DNA of 48,601 nt, counting the filler, from Bipalium vagum (Eukaryota): assembly GCA_037834085.1 (NCBI GenBank). It is 2 parts of 2 records of this genome, joined end to end, with 100 filler letters (N's around TTAATTAATTAA, not from the genome) between each part and the next. Parts side by side here need not be neighbours in the genome. Positions count along the whole stretch, not along the records: positions 1 to 23,293 come from JBBMKC010211150.1; positions 23,394 to 48,601 come from JBBMKC010196165.1. One strand, given 5' to 3'. Under the pieces are notes generated by a model. It was not told the DNA's origin and did not search any database. It saw only the letters and a list, made by a program, of their open reading frames with translations. Position 1 is the stretch's first letter. The number at the start of each line of letters is the position of its first letter. Made by a program: the position numbers and the translations under genes. Shown piece after piece: positions 14,368 through 27,305 of the stretch.

Positions 14368-15360
14368 CAGTGTTTCTCAAACTTTTTTATCTGCCGCCCC
14401 CTTAAAATCTTTTTTTTCAATAAACAAATGTTTATACTATAAATATAATAGACACATTGAAACTTAAAAATACTGTCACCTTTAACCTCGAATTTTATTG
14501 ATTTTCATATTTTAACATGAAAAAAAGGTGATAAAATATAAAATAATTTTTATTATACATACAAATTGAAACTACAAAAAAACAAAAGCAGTGATTTATT
14601 TTAAATCAAAGATATGGTTGTCATTGACAGAGGGAAGTTTTTAAATGTTTGTCTCGGCTCTGGCTAAGACTTTTTTTAGATAATATGAGTGTTGATGTTC
14701 GTCCTGGCCGCACATTTTTCCAAAATTGAATTATTTTTTGCTATTTCAAATATTAATGCCCACAGTATTCGGTTGTTTTATGCGATCCACGACCCCCGGC
14801 TCCGATTATAAATGTTCTGATATCATACTACTACGTTCTTCCTAGTTCAAGTTCAGCTTAGTCCAATAAATTCTGATATTTTTGCCAGTTTATTTCGTCA
14901 TTACCCTTGATAGAGATCTCTGATTTAAAGGGGATTTTGAGGTCTATAATTAGGTATCTTTTACGCCTCTTATTAGGTTTTGTGGCATATGACAAACTGT
15001 GGTATTGTTTTATTTTTTGCATATTCCATAAATCAAAACTTTAAGTATTGGGTATTATAATGGCGAAGTTTCTTCTTACATTCAGCAATAATAACTTAAT
15101 AAAATCTTTTATTATGTTATTTAAATCAGAACTGTACGTTTCCTTAATTAATTTTTTAAATTTTGATTTGATTTTTTAATTTTAAATTGTGCATAATTAA
15201 AATATAGGAGCTCATTGGAATTTTTTAAAAAATTAAATAAATTAATTAACGTTTCACTTTTTAAAAATTTCACCTCCCCTTTTAAACTTTTCCCATGTAA
15301 CGCCCCTGACTTGCTTCATTGCCCTTAAGAGGGCGCTAGCATCTACTTTGAAAATCACTG
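14368..15360. mobile_element. Non-autonomous hAT (Charlie/Buster-type) element with a nested retroelement fragment
   Basis: TIRs CAGTGTTTCTCAAA / TTTGAAAATCACTG; near-matching 8-bp TSD ccataaac / tcatacac; GCCCC subterminal motifs. Confidence 0.8.
14600..15100 (-). mobile_element. 3' end of an RLE-type (R2/R4-like) non-LTR retrotransposon
   Basis: Clear nucleotide homology to 45400-45640 (e.g. GACCCCyGGCTCCGATTAT...GTCATTACCCTTGATAG); IIGAGG-type motif of the RLE endonuclease tail. Confidence 0.7.
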
Positions 15361-15479
15361 TCATACACGGTTTGTGATAAGTAAGTATCAAATTTGAAAA
15401 CTACCTGAAATACTTTTTTTTAAATGTGTTGCAACCAGTTTTATTTTATTATGTTGTCCAATAAGGAATAACCGTTTTA

Positions 15480-16575
15480 ACTGAAAAAATTTAATACATT
15501 TTTATTTACGAGCTAAAATACTATCCAACGTTTACATAGACAAGAGTACAACGTTCTGCAATTTTTGCGAATCCCATTTTCATACCATTCCTCAGATTTA
15601 GAATTTTAAAAATCTGATAGGCTCTTGTCCAGGTTTTCCTTTTTTCAAAGCGCTTATGTGGCAAAAAATGTCCCATGGCACAGAAAAAGTGGAATTCTAG
15701 TGATGTAACATCGGACGAGTACGGAAGATTTGGTAAGACTTCAGATCCGTCAAAGCTTCTATTAATTCTCCCGTTGATTAAAGCGGGATGTTTTTTGATG
15801 AGATTCATGTGAAGTCGATTCATTTGTGTAGAATAGAGATTTGATTTATTGCTTTGACTATCTGAAAATTTTCCTTTATAGTTTCAGAAAACGGAAAGCA
15901 TGAACCTCTTTAAGCCATCTTTTGTTTAAAACCATTGCCATTTTTGGTGTCAATTATTCATAAAATTCACTTTTTAACCAAAACGGCAATTCTTTGAAAA
16001 ACAACTTGCTCAATAACAATTGGTTATTGAACAAATTTTACAATTTTGGAAGCGCTTATCAACTTACGAATCTATCAGTTGATATGGATCATTTGTGGGG
16101 ATCCGAATTTTTAGTTAAGAATTCGAAGGTGCTGATAAATTGTAGATTATGAATGGCCTATTCGAATATATAATTTATGAGTTGATCGAGATGGGTTTGT
16201 TTCTACAAAAAGGTCATAGAGCTTTCAGAACCTTGTGCACATTGGAGGCTGGTATCACCCGAATTAGATTTCGAAAACCAGCGCCTACTTGTCTTGTCCT
16301 TGAGTGCATCTGGCCCTTCAAATTCGAATATTTAGTGGCAGATATCGATTCCAAAAATATAGAGAAAACTAAACGATTTTCATAATTTGTAGTTATTTTA
16401 ATTGAGCGCTCAAATGACTATTAAAAAATTATCTATAAGGTTAATCTCACTATTTTATTGACCAGGCTCTATAAATATTCAAACAGAAAATCAATAGTTT
16501 ATTAATTCTTATTAAAATTATATATTTAGTTTTAATGTGAATATATCAAAAAAGTCATTTTTATGGGACACCATA
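15480..16575 (-). mobile_element. Decayed mariner transposon
   Basis: EVLPNLPYSSDVTSLEFHFF (HPPYSPDLAPSDYHLF) and GFAKIAERC in ORF 15521-15823. Confidence 0.75.
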
Positions 16576-16688
16576 AAATATAAAAATAGGATTTGTGAAA
16601 TTTTATTTGTTTTTAATTGTTTTAATAAGTTAATATAATTACATTTAAATAATAGAAAATGACACCATTTTCCGATTTATGAAGATTT

Positions 16689-16900
16689 ATGGGTTCAGTT
16701 GACCCAAATTATTTTTTTCAACAGAATGAAGCTCATACTCATTACTATTTTATTGGTCTGCGCTATCACCAGATTTTTCCAAAATGGATATTTTTTTTCG
16801 GGATATTTAAAGACAGAGGTTTCTTAGATCTGACAGATTCAATCGACGAAGATTCAATCGAACATATAAAAAATGTTTAAAGATGCTATGACTTATTTTA
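16689..16900 (+). mobile_element. Short Tc1/mariner catalytic-domain fragment
   Basis: YFFQQNEAHTH and a frameshifted SPDFSKMDIFF..GIFKDR. Confidence 0.5.
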
Positions 16901-18339
16901 TAGTCGATTAAAACAATAATAAATAAATAAATAAATGTTAATAAATGTTCTGTTGAAAAATATTAATCTTTAATAAATGTATTTGATTGTATCAAATATT
17001 TACAGTGTAATCTTAAGTATATTTAATAATATTATATTGTGAAATCTGATACTTACTTGTCACACACTACTAAAGACAAAAGGTAAGTTATTTAAACGCA
17101 CATAATTCTCTTCTTTAACCGATCGATAAAAGTAATTTAGAAAGATCAATAAAAATGAGAAAAGGAAAGAAAAATAAATAAATGGAAATTGAAATGTTAT
17201 AAATAGACAAAAGATTCATTAATATACTAATACAGGAAATTATGAAAATTTCTATTAGTTACCAATAATTTTAACAAAAGACGAAGTGCTGTAATATTAA
17301 AAACCTTTTCTTTATTTCTAAATCATTTGTATAGGAAAAATAGGAATTGAAAAAGAAATAATTATTTATTTTGATAGTAAAATCTTTGAAAAGAAACCCG
17401 TTGACCAAAGATCAACACCAGAAAGTAAACTATTCGTTAATAGTTAACTATCGAAAAGTATTTCAAAAAAGGAAGTTTCGGAAATAAGAACAAATGTCTG
17501 AGGAGCAAGTATTGATAGTAAACTTAAATGCCAATTACAAATCAATATTTCAAACGAATCCCTTCAAGGTTTATTGCATTTTTTTGAAAAGGAGCCAATC
17601 TTCAAAAGTTAAGCACTTTTCCTTTGAAACAAACTATGGCGTATCACTTAGTGTTCGCAGAATGATGATATTCAAGTCCTATTACAGAAAAACGTTCAAT
17701 AATTCTTAAAAAATGTTTTAGCAATGAAATTCGAGAATTGAAAAACGTTCGACCTCAAAGACCAAAACTATTTATGTAAACCTTTTCTGGATCATAACAG
17801 TACCCCTTCTGTAATGAAATTATGCACCCTTTAGAATTATAAACATTTTTGTGAATTTCTACTAGAACAAAGCTTTCATACCTTCAAAGGTTTACGTAAA
17901 ATGGTTTCAATTGGTTTCCCGCATTATGGATTCATCTTTAACGTTATTCCTCTAAGACCACTATGTAAATTTATCTTTTATTTCTAATTAAAGACTCATT
18001 GAATAGATAAATATAGTGATTTAGAAGATCTCATTTATGTCCCAATGAGAACAATATATTACGGATATATTAAAACGTAAAGATGTCATCAAATCAGCCG
18101 AAGAATTGAGTGTTTAAAAAACATTAATAAAACAACAAAGCGCTATTTATTTCGTTCAAAAAACCAGCTCATTGAAACAAATGATGAATGTAGATTGACA
18201 TAATAATAATGTTCAAGTCGAAAGGTTTTATGTTTTTACAAAAAAACGTTTTATTAAGTTAACCCAACAAGACATTTCGATTTTTGTTATCAAGACTTCA
18301 ATAAAGCATATCTTTTGTGTATGGAACAATATGAAATAA

Positions 18340-18900
18340 TTTTCTATTGCTTAAAAATTCTATTGCTCAACCCTTTAAATATAATAGCGAGAAATGTTGC
18401 TATATAACTTTGTTTTATTAATCTATTTTTGCTCCCAATGTGATCGTAACAGATGAGATTGTAGTATTTTTTAAAAAATTTGTTAAAATTGCTTCAACAT
18501 CAATCCGGAAGCGAAAATGTTAGATAAAGAAATCTTGAAAGAATCTGATGAATTCCATCACTCTCAATAAATTCATCAACTAGCCGCTGAAGTTGATTCT
18601 CATAATGTCACCATCCAACGACATCTTCATTTTAATATTTTGAAAAAATACAAACTTTCTGGAATCGACCCTTAGGAACTGTCGGAAAAACAGGCAAATA
18701 AGCATCTTGAAATTTGTAAGTCACTTTTAAAAACAATCATTTAGCAACCGTTTATCACAATAATTGGTGTCATAGATGGAAAGTGGGTTGTTCTTCACTA
18801 GGAATTAGTGAAGCTTTATGACTCCAGACCTACAGAATGATATAACAGTGGACTCCAAGGGATAGACCAAAGTTGTGGTTTTGACCGTCAAATCGATGGG
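18340..18900 (+). mobile_element. Decayed mariner N-terminal half
   Basis: LAAEVDSHNVTIQRHLH and P*ELSEKQANKHLEICKSLL (WVPHEL region), followed by DGKWV (DEKW). Confidence 0.55.
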
Positions 18901-19672
18901 GTTTATTTCTTCTTGTAAAAAAAGCTATCTTTTGAAACTTTTTAACAAAAAGTATCATTTTCATGGAACAAGATAATAATTATCAAGCTTCAATTTCTTT
19001 TGATAAGAATTCCGATAAATAATTCAACTTAGCTTGTTCACATTTATATTTACTACAGCTTCATCTTCACATTTATGAAACCCTGTCTACAAACTCTTGT
19101 AAACAATCATTAATGTAACCTCTAATCTCATTATCACCCACATCTTTTTTATTTTGTTTTTTGCAATTATTAACATTATTATTTCTCTTATGTTAAATAA
19201 TATTATTATCTAGTTATAATGGCATTATAACTGTATGGATCATTCTCCAGAGTCTGTTATTGACTGATGGGATTATCTGAAAGCAAATATTCATATTTCA
19301 AGCTTATATTATCCATCAAATATTTGTTTTAGTCTATGGGATCACAATTCAATTCTTCGTCAGTCTGGGACATCTGAATTTGTTTTTTAAATATATTTTT
19401 TATCGTTAAAACAAATATTTCATTTCAACTAACTTTGCAGATACCTAAATAGGAAAATTATTAAATTTCGGTGTAAATAGTTCGATCATTTGAAAGATTT
19501 ACGGTTCTTTTTTTGCTTTATCAGTGATGTTATTTTTATAATTATTTTCATAATTCATTATTTATTCCTCCCCGGTTATTTTGTTTAAATTAATTCAATT
19601 TTCACTTTCATTGTTTTAATGAACTTATGAAAAAATAACTTAATCTCAAAGGCTTCTTTTTATTTCTAATTA

Positions 19673-20579
19673 CAGTCTTTTTTTCAATAATGGAAATGTA
19701 ATTAAAAATTTTTACTATTTTCAATAAAATTTATTATCAACGAGAAAATCATTATTAATTCATGGAAGTGGAATGTCACAGACAGTTTTGAAGCAATTAA
19801 TAAAAATTGTTATTAAAAATGTTGGACAAATTCCACTTATAAAATATAAACTTCATCCCCCCTCCGATGTGAATTGATAAAATTTGATGCATAAAATAAA
19901 TGAACACTTTTCGAGTGTTATTTATTTGGTCATGAATGTTTCAGACGTTTTCTTATTATTTTCACAGTCAATAATGGAAATAAAATGAAATAAATATTTA
20001 TCTTTGCAGTTCACTCTGATCAGTATATTAAAAACTTATTTTGCTGCTGTTAAATACAAAAAATGGTTAAATAGATGTAAAGAAGTGCCAAAGGGTTCAA
20101 AAGTTTCAAAAAAGTGTAATTGAATCATTTCTTTAAATCAACGAGGAAACATTCCATTTACCCAATGACAATTTTTCATATATTTCTTTTCATTTTTACT
20201 TAAACACTTATATTTTTTCTTTTGAATTTTTTTCCATTTCAAAATTTCTTTGAAGAAACATTTCTTAAACTTATTATTATTGGGATGGGTAACAAAAGCG
20301 AGGACAATGACGAGCGTACACTTGTAATTGAAAATGAATGGAGTCGTATGGGGTGTGTCCTGAAACAAGAATATGAGCTGCCAACTGACAGTGACCAGTT
20401 ATTCTATAAGTTGGAGGAAATATTGAATGACTTAATGAGCAGCTCACAATATCGCTTTATTTTGATTAAATCCATGGTTGACCGTGTAACACATTTTTGA
20501 TGGTATAAAAAGTTATTACTTTGATTTTATTTGAAAAAATGTGTTTAAACAGGTGTCTACTTTTCATTATCCATGGCTG
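19673..20579 (+). mobile_element. Decayed, internally deleted Tc1 element
   Basis: TA|CAG...CTG|TA ends with degenerate TIRs; IENEW...LIKSMVDRV C-terminal Tc1 motif (ORF 20222-20500). Confidence 0.65.
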
Positions 20580-20999
20580 TATGCAATAGTCTTCATACTC
20601 ATTTTTAAGATGCTTGGATAGTCAGAAAGAATATCAGTCAAGAGGTACTTTGAATGAGAATAATTTTTATTAGTTAAATATCTCTTTTTGTTACATTTTT
20701 CGAAATTTTCAACACAATCGAACATCATGAAATACTAAATAAAATATCAAATCTTACAATGAGAGCGATTATATTTGGAATAATGAGAATATTCTGCATG
20801 TTCGTTTTCATTGTCCAACATCTACAATGAAAATTTAAAATGTTTCAAAAAATCAAAATTGAAATGGGATATGTTTATGTAATATTGCTTAAAAATATTT
20901 TTTATTCATGTTTTTATTGATAATAACAACTGTTAGCTGCATATGAAATTTTGTTTTGTTATATAATTTTTAACTGTCAAAAATAAGTGAAAAAAGGCT

Positions 21000-22183
21000 T
21001 TTTATCTTTTATTTATCAAAATAAGCTCAATCAGCATCAAAACACATCTGCCAACACTTTGTCAGTGCGTAAATTCCAGATTTAAAGAAATATTGGATTT
21101 TAGAATCAAAGAATTGTCAGACTGCATTTTTCAGATCTTCCTGCTAGAATAGGTAGAAATCAACTGGGGTTGTCGGGAGAATATGGTGGATAGCAAAGAA
21201 AATCGTAATTCATGTCAGAAAGTTTCCGAATAGTTTTCACTGGGACATGAAGTCTGTGGATATCTTAAAGCAGAATGGGTCCTTGTCGGTTACACAAGGT
21301 CGTTTTTCAACTTTTTATGTATTTTGTCTGATTAATCATTGTGAATATTTGAATTCACTGTTTCACCAGCTTGCAAGTAGAAATACCTCAAACATTCCAC
21401 CAAACCGATATTAAGAGCTTCTTTTTTAGATAAAGGGTATTGGAGCAGATTTTGGGGAATCAGTTTTTTCAACACACTGGTAAGACCTACTTTGATTGTT
21501 GTTTCTCTAGATCAATTTTTCATGACACGTTACTGTGCTATCAAGAAAAGTATATATTTTCTTCTTTTTCAGATAACCTAATTATGAATCTAAACGATTT
21601 ATCATATTTTTCAGTTATCTCATTAGGTATTCATTTTTTCAATTTTCTGACTTTATCAATCTAATGAAGATAGTGCAAAGCTGTTGTATAGTGAATATTC
21701 AGTATCCTTCCAATGTTGCAAGTTTTTCAAGGTCATTGATCAATTAGATCCTTCAAAACTTTGTTGTCAAGAACTGTTCCAGGTCAAGCTCTTGATTCAT
21801 TTTCAAGGCTTGATTTGCCAGATCTGAATTTTGCAAACCAGTGTTGAATCCACCGAATAGAAATTGCACTATCTTTGTACGCCTTTTTGAAGATTCGTAT
21901 TTACTTTCACTGAATTATTTCCAAATAGGAGTTCGTAATGAATTATAATTCTCATTTCATCATTATTCATTCCTTCAGCAAAATTTAAATGAGTAGCTTA
22001 AATTCGAATTCTGCTATCAATAATATTATTAAAACAAATTTCATGAATTACCTTGTTAATATGTTATTTATTTATTTTATGAAAGATCTCGTTTATTTCA
22101 AAAACGGTCTTCAAATCCTCAAAATACTTCAATATTTATTCATGATGCAATAAAAATGACATTTAATATGCACCAACCTATTA
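21000..22183 (-). mobile_element. Decayed mariner (DD34D) transposon
   Basis: Terminus TAGGTTGGTGCA at ~22180; minus-strand WFAKFRSG, VTCHEK and PPYSPD..DFYLF motifs. Confidence 0.82.
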
Positions 22184-23293
22184 CTTATCTCCAATAAGCA
22201 AGATTAATATTTTTTGTACATAGTTCAACAAGATTAAATCTAGGTTTCAGTTCGAGTTAAGTAGAACAATATTAAAATTTTACGATTTAAAGCTTCTCAG
22301 AAGGTTAATTGTTAAAATGCCTCAGTAAACGTTGTCCTGTTCTTCTAAAACTCAGACGTCCTTTAAAGTTACACATGAATGTAAAGCTACAGTGAGAGTT
22401 CCAGTTATGATTTCACTTGTCGAAAGTTGTTCGGAAACATTCGCAAACTCAGAATTGACAGTGACAAAATAGGAAATATTAAACAATTAGAAAGCTTGAA
22501 TGTGTTAACAAAATAGATGTATAGGTGTATCATGAATAAATATTGAAGTATTTTGAAGATTAATTTGTGCGTGTATTGAAGCATAATGAAATCAGTCTAT
22601 GCTTTAAAGGAAATAATTACAGGAAATGAAGTGTTAAGCTTAAGAAATCTCTTCTAAGTCTGGAAAAAGCATCTTAATCCCCATCAATTTGAGCTTACAA
22701 CAGAACAAGAAATGGAAGAAAATTCCTTTTGTTTTGGTCCATTTAAATATGGTAATAAGTTAGTAGTATTAGTAGTAATAACAATAATGGTAATAGTAAT
22801 AATAATATAAATAATTACCGGTATAATAATAATCCTTAGCATAAGCGTTACTGTATATCGTAAAATCTTTAGTGATCTTGTTGTTCTTATTAAATTTTGG
22901 ATCTTTTAAACTAAATTTTTATCTATTTAAAAATTATACTTATAATTTTATATATTGTATTTTTAGCAGATCTGTTGATAGACACTGTTTGGATTTATCA
23001 GTCAAAGAATTACAAAAATTACTCTGTAAATTATTTTAACTTTATATGTAATTTTAAATTATATACATATACTCCGATAATTATCCGTAAGATAATAATA
23101 CAAATAAAAAATATCAATTTCACTAAAAAGAAAACATTTTTTATAAAAGTCTATTGTTTCCAAGTATAATAGTTATCCCGGATATATAAAATAAGAATAA
23201 GAATATGTAAATAGAAGTTTTTAGAATTGTAAGCATAAATTATTTTTGAATGTTCGAAAATGAGTAATACGAAAATTAACCATACGAATACAT

Positions 23294-23393
23294 NNNNNNN
23301 NNNNNNNNNNNNNNNNNNNNNNNNNNNNNNNNNNNNNTTAATTAATTAANNNNNNNNNNNNNNNNNNNNNNNNNNNNNNNNNNNNNNNNNNNN
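23294..23393. other. Artificial assembly or concatenation linker
   Basis: Exactly 44 N + TTAATTAATTAA (stops in all six frames) + 44 N = 100 nt. Confidence 0.95.
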
Positions 23394-23999
23394 TAATTAC
23401 TACTACGACTTCTCCTATTATCAAGTCTACTCACCATCTCCACGGTTCGTGCTTTTGGCAAGCCAAACATGTTTTTCAATTGTCATTAGAACTACTTTGT
23501 ACAAATAAGAGTAATAATCATTTTTGAGTTTCAAAGTATTCAATTATATTATTTAGCACATTACCATAATTTATAAAAACATGTCTTTGATAATATATTG
23601 ATTTTTCGAAAAAAAACCATTTTCTTTTATAATAGGTTAGATAAAAAACAAAAACAAAAAATATAAAATGATCATTTAGATAAAGTAATTTAGTCAGGTA
23701 AATGCTTTAGAGCTCCTGCGAGGTGTTGAGTTAAATAATAAAAATAGATAAATAAAAACTAATTTCTATAAAAATTTTATTATTTATTAATTTTGTAATA
23801 TTTTTAAGAAATTATAATATTAATAAATCCCGACATCATACAACGTTTGACAGGCAATTTTTAAATTATGAGATTTTATATTTTAATTTTTTTAACTACG
23901 TTCTATTGATTTATTAATTGCAATTCAAACAATCAATACAGAATATTTGTATCAATATTACAGTCACATCAACCATCGATGATCTCAATATTTGTTAAG

Positions 24000-24720
24000 G
24001 CATTTTGAAAGGAATGAAAAGACATTATAGAAGAATTTCACGCAGTCTTCCATGGTAATTTCGTCGAATTACATTCTTCCGTTTGAAGAAGAGATTTCCA
24101 ATTGGGTTTTAAAAATGGGAATGCGGTAGATGAAATAGTAGCCTGAACTTTGAAGCTTCCAATTTCGACTTACCTAAAATTTAAGCCTTATATACTTCGT
24201 ATTGTGAAAATTTTTTCGTAACTATTCAAGCTTCCAATATTTAAAGATGACCGTAAAGTCTTGTAAATATAAAAATGATTTTGAAATTAAAAACTCTCAT
24301 GGTCTGATTACTCTCATTATAAATACGATATATAGTTTGATGTTGAACAAATTCTCTTTCTTGTGCCTCCGGTTTAAATTAAAATACTGGTCGTATATTT
24401 GACCAATCAAGATCTTACAATTTTGAAACCTTAAACCAAAAATTAACTGGTCATCAGATACTTTAAATGTAAGGTTTCAGTTTCATTATTCACTTCCCTT
24501 TTTATGTTTATATTAATAAGGATTTAGTTAAAATATCCACAAGGGTTAAAAGGAATCCCGTAGAAAGTCCAGAGCCACCCATCCTTTATTATCGGAATAT
24601 TAAAAGACAATAATAGATATTTGTGTTAGCACAAATGAAGGGATGGATTATGACCCGGGTCTTGACAAGTGTTTTTTCATATATATCATAAAACACTGAC
24701 CTTAAGAACAACAATTCATT
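24000..24720 (-). mobile_element. Decayed IS630/Tc1-type transposase relic
   Basis: Frameshifted LPHSPFLKPN (LPPYSPxLNPIE) and FDEITMEDCVKFF on the minus strand. Confidence 0.5.
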
Positions 24721-24789
24721 TTTAGTCAATAGCATGTTGTCCTAAACTGCAATAAACCTATTTTCCAGAAAAGTTTAGGAAAAAATCTA

Positions 24790-24951
24790 CAGTGCAGCTT
24801 CTATTTTGGACCAATTTCTGAAAGTGACCACTTCTATAATCGGATCAAACTCCATATTAGGACCAATCATTTGTACTTATCATATTTTTCGATATTTTCA
24901 TTTAAAAAATAAAATTCTTGGTGCAAATATTTCAATAATTTGTTTAAAAAT

Positions 24952-25019
<68 letters not shown>

Positions 25020-25211
25020 TAATGATTATTTATTTATTATTTATTAATAAATAAATAATATTATTATTTATGATTATTTAATTCAAAAATGTTGAAATAT
25101 ATTATTATTTATTGGACCTATTGTTGTCAATGTCTTAACTTCTAATATTGGACCGACTTCTATTTTCGGACTACTTTTGAAATTTTGTGGTCCAAATTAG
25201 AAGTTACACTG
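24790..25211. mobile_element. MITE (pogo/Tigger-like termini)
   Basis: TA|CAGTGCAGCTTCTATTTTGGACCA ... TGGTCCAAATTAGAAGTTACACTG|TA, 24-bp TIR with 3 mismatches; several internal CTTCTA...GGAC subrepeats. Confidence 0.85.
24953..25018. repeat. (TAT)22 microsatellite inside the MITE
   Basis: Read directly; explains the poly-Tyr ORF 24806-25054. Confidence 0.95.
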
Positions 25212-25749
25212 TATTTTATCAATATTTATTAAAAGACAGAATGTTATAATGGATAGCTTAACTGTCACATTAGGGACGATGAATCATAATGAAAATATAT
25301 ATATAAACCAACATAAAATCATTAATTTTCGTCCAAAATTGCCAAATTAAAATATAAGGTTTATTATTTTAATTTCAAAAAGGAATATAAAATTCTGAGA
25401 CTTATTTTCTCTTTAATGGTTGAAAAAACTGATAAAAAATAATATAATAAAATAATATATAAAAAAATAATTTTTTTTTATTTTTAAATTTATTTATTAA
25501 AGAATTTTATCAAATTATGACTTTTTAGGAATATTTTCATTCATTTTAAAATGAATAAAATAATAAAACGTGAAAACTGTTTTGTTTTAATGTTTCATTT
25601 TCAACGATGATAATTTGAAATATTAACAAAAAAGTGCGGATCTTTTGGAATCAACAATCAGAAAAATAATATTAAAACAAATTTTAATAAATTCCGGTCA
25701 ACCTTGACACATCGATTTATCAAACCTTTAGGGTCGGCAGTGGACAGAC

Positions 25750-27256
25750 ATGTGTTTCATGGATGATTCAGAAGAGTAAACGTTTTGAATAACGCCTTAT
25801 AAATAATTATAATTATAATTTTTTTCTTAAAGAAGATTCGAGGATTTCAAAGGGGCTTTGTACACAGGCGACGTTCGCTTGGCCAGAATGAATGTGGAAA
25901 TTTCGTTTTTAGAAAGAAATGTCAACGATTACTGGGTTGATCATGTTATAAAAATTATTATTATAATTATTATTATGATTATTATTAATATTATTTAATT
26001 ATTATTATTATCATTATTTTTTATTTTTTTTCATTAATATCAATATTATTATTTTAATTATTATCAATATTATAATAATTTTGATTATTATCAATATTAT
26101 TATTAGTTTAATTATTATTATTTTTATACAAATCTTTAGGGATGGAGACCAATCCATTTGGCGTGTGAGAATGGCCACGTTGAAATAGTAAAGTTATTGA
26201 TCGACCGAGGATGCAGTATTGAAAGTGAAAGCAAAGATGTTATCGATTATCGATTATCAACGAAAAGAATAAACGATTTTCATTTGTTTAGGGATGGAGA
26301 CCAATTCATTTGGCTTGTCAGAATGATAACACTGAAATAGTGAAAGTATTGATCATCCAAAAATGCAATATCGATAATGAAGACAAAAATGTAAGTAATT
26401 ATCGATGAATTAAGCTGGGGAATAAAAACAATACAATTTCATAGGGATGGCGACCAATTCATTATGCATGCCAGGGCTCTAGGACTGAAATAGTGAAATT
26501 ATTAATCAATCGAAAGTGCGTGGTGGATGTTAGAAACAAAAGTGTAATAAATTATCAATACTTTGTGAAAGAAAACGAAAAAATTAATTTTTAGGGATGG
26601 AAACCGATTCATTTTGCCTGCGAGAATGGTAATATAGATATAGTGAAAATATTGATCGACTTAAAATGCAGCATTGAAAACGAAAACAAAAATGTGATTG
26701 ATTAGTGATCATTTCAATGATCAATAGATAATCTAAATTTTAGGACGAGAGGCCAATTCATATTGCATCTAGAAATGGTCATGTTGAGATAGTGAAATTA
26801 TTGATCTACCAAAAATGTTACATCGAAACTGAAGACAGCAATGTAATTTGGTTATAAACAATTTTAGAAATGAACCAAAAAATTTGTTCAGGGATGGAGG
26901 CCCATTCATTTTGCATGTCAAAACGGGTGGATTGATATAGTAAAATTATTGATCAAACGAAAGTGCGATATCGAAGTGAAAAACAAACTTGTAATTGAAT
27001 ATTGATGATTTATGTAAGAAGAAAAGGTTTCCATTTGTTCAGGGATTTGAACCAATCGATTTGGCACGAATAAATGGCCATTTGGAAATAGAGAAAATAT
27101 TGCTCAATCGAATAAATAATATCAGCGTCAGAAGCAAAGTGAGTGAAAGAAAATTATTTAATAATTAAATTTCCCTCCACAATATTACTTGGAATGCGAT
27201 AGGAATAAATGAAATCAAAAAAATAAATAATAAAACAATTAGTTGATTAACATATT

Positions 27257-27305
<49 letters not shown>

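Noticed and set aside
17300-19650. Faint LINE RT-like traces (+ strand 17400-18300, - strand 18950-19650)
   Set aside because: Too degenerate to call without a profile search.
22967-23010. WIYQ motif after an acceptor-like site, resembling the start of class B GPCR TM5
   Set aside because: Wrong strand relative to the GPCR exons, and no hydrophobic helix or proline follows.
23435-23470. Possible minus-strand first exon MFGLPKARTVEM with a GTGAGT donor
   Set aside because: Only 36 nt, it runs into the linker and has no recognisable homology, so it cannot be supported.
24806-25054. Poly-Tyr ORF
   Set aside because: Translation of a (TAT)22 microsatellite inside a MITE.
26140-27138. Regularly spaced repeats resembling a CRISPR array
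   Set aside because: They are 99-nt coding ankyrin exons with GT-AG introns in a eukaryotic gene.
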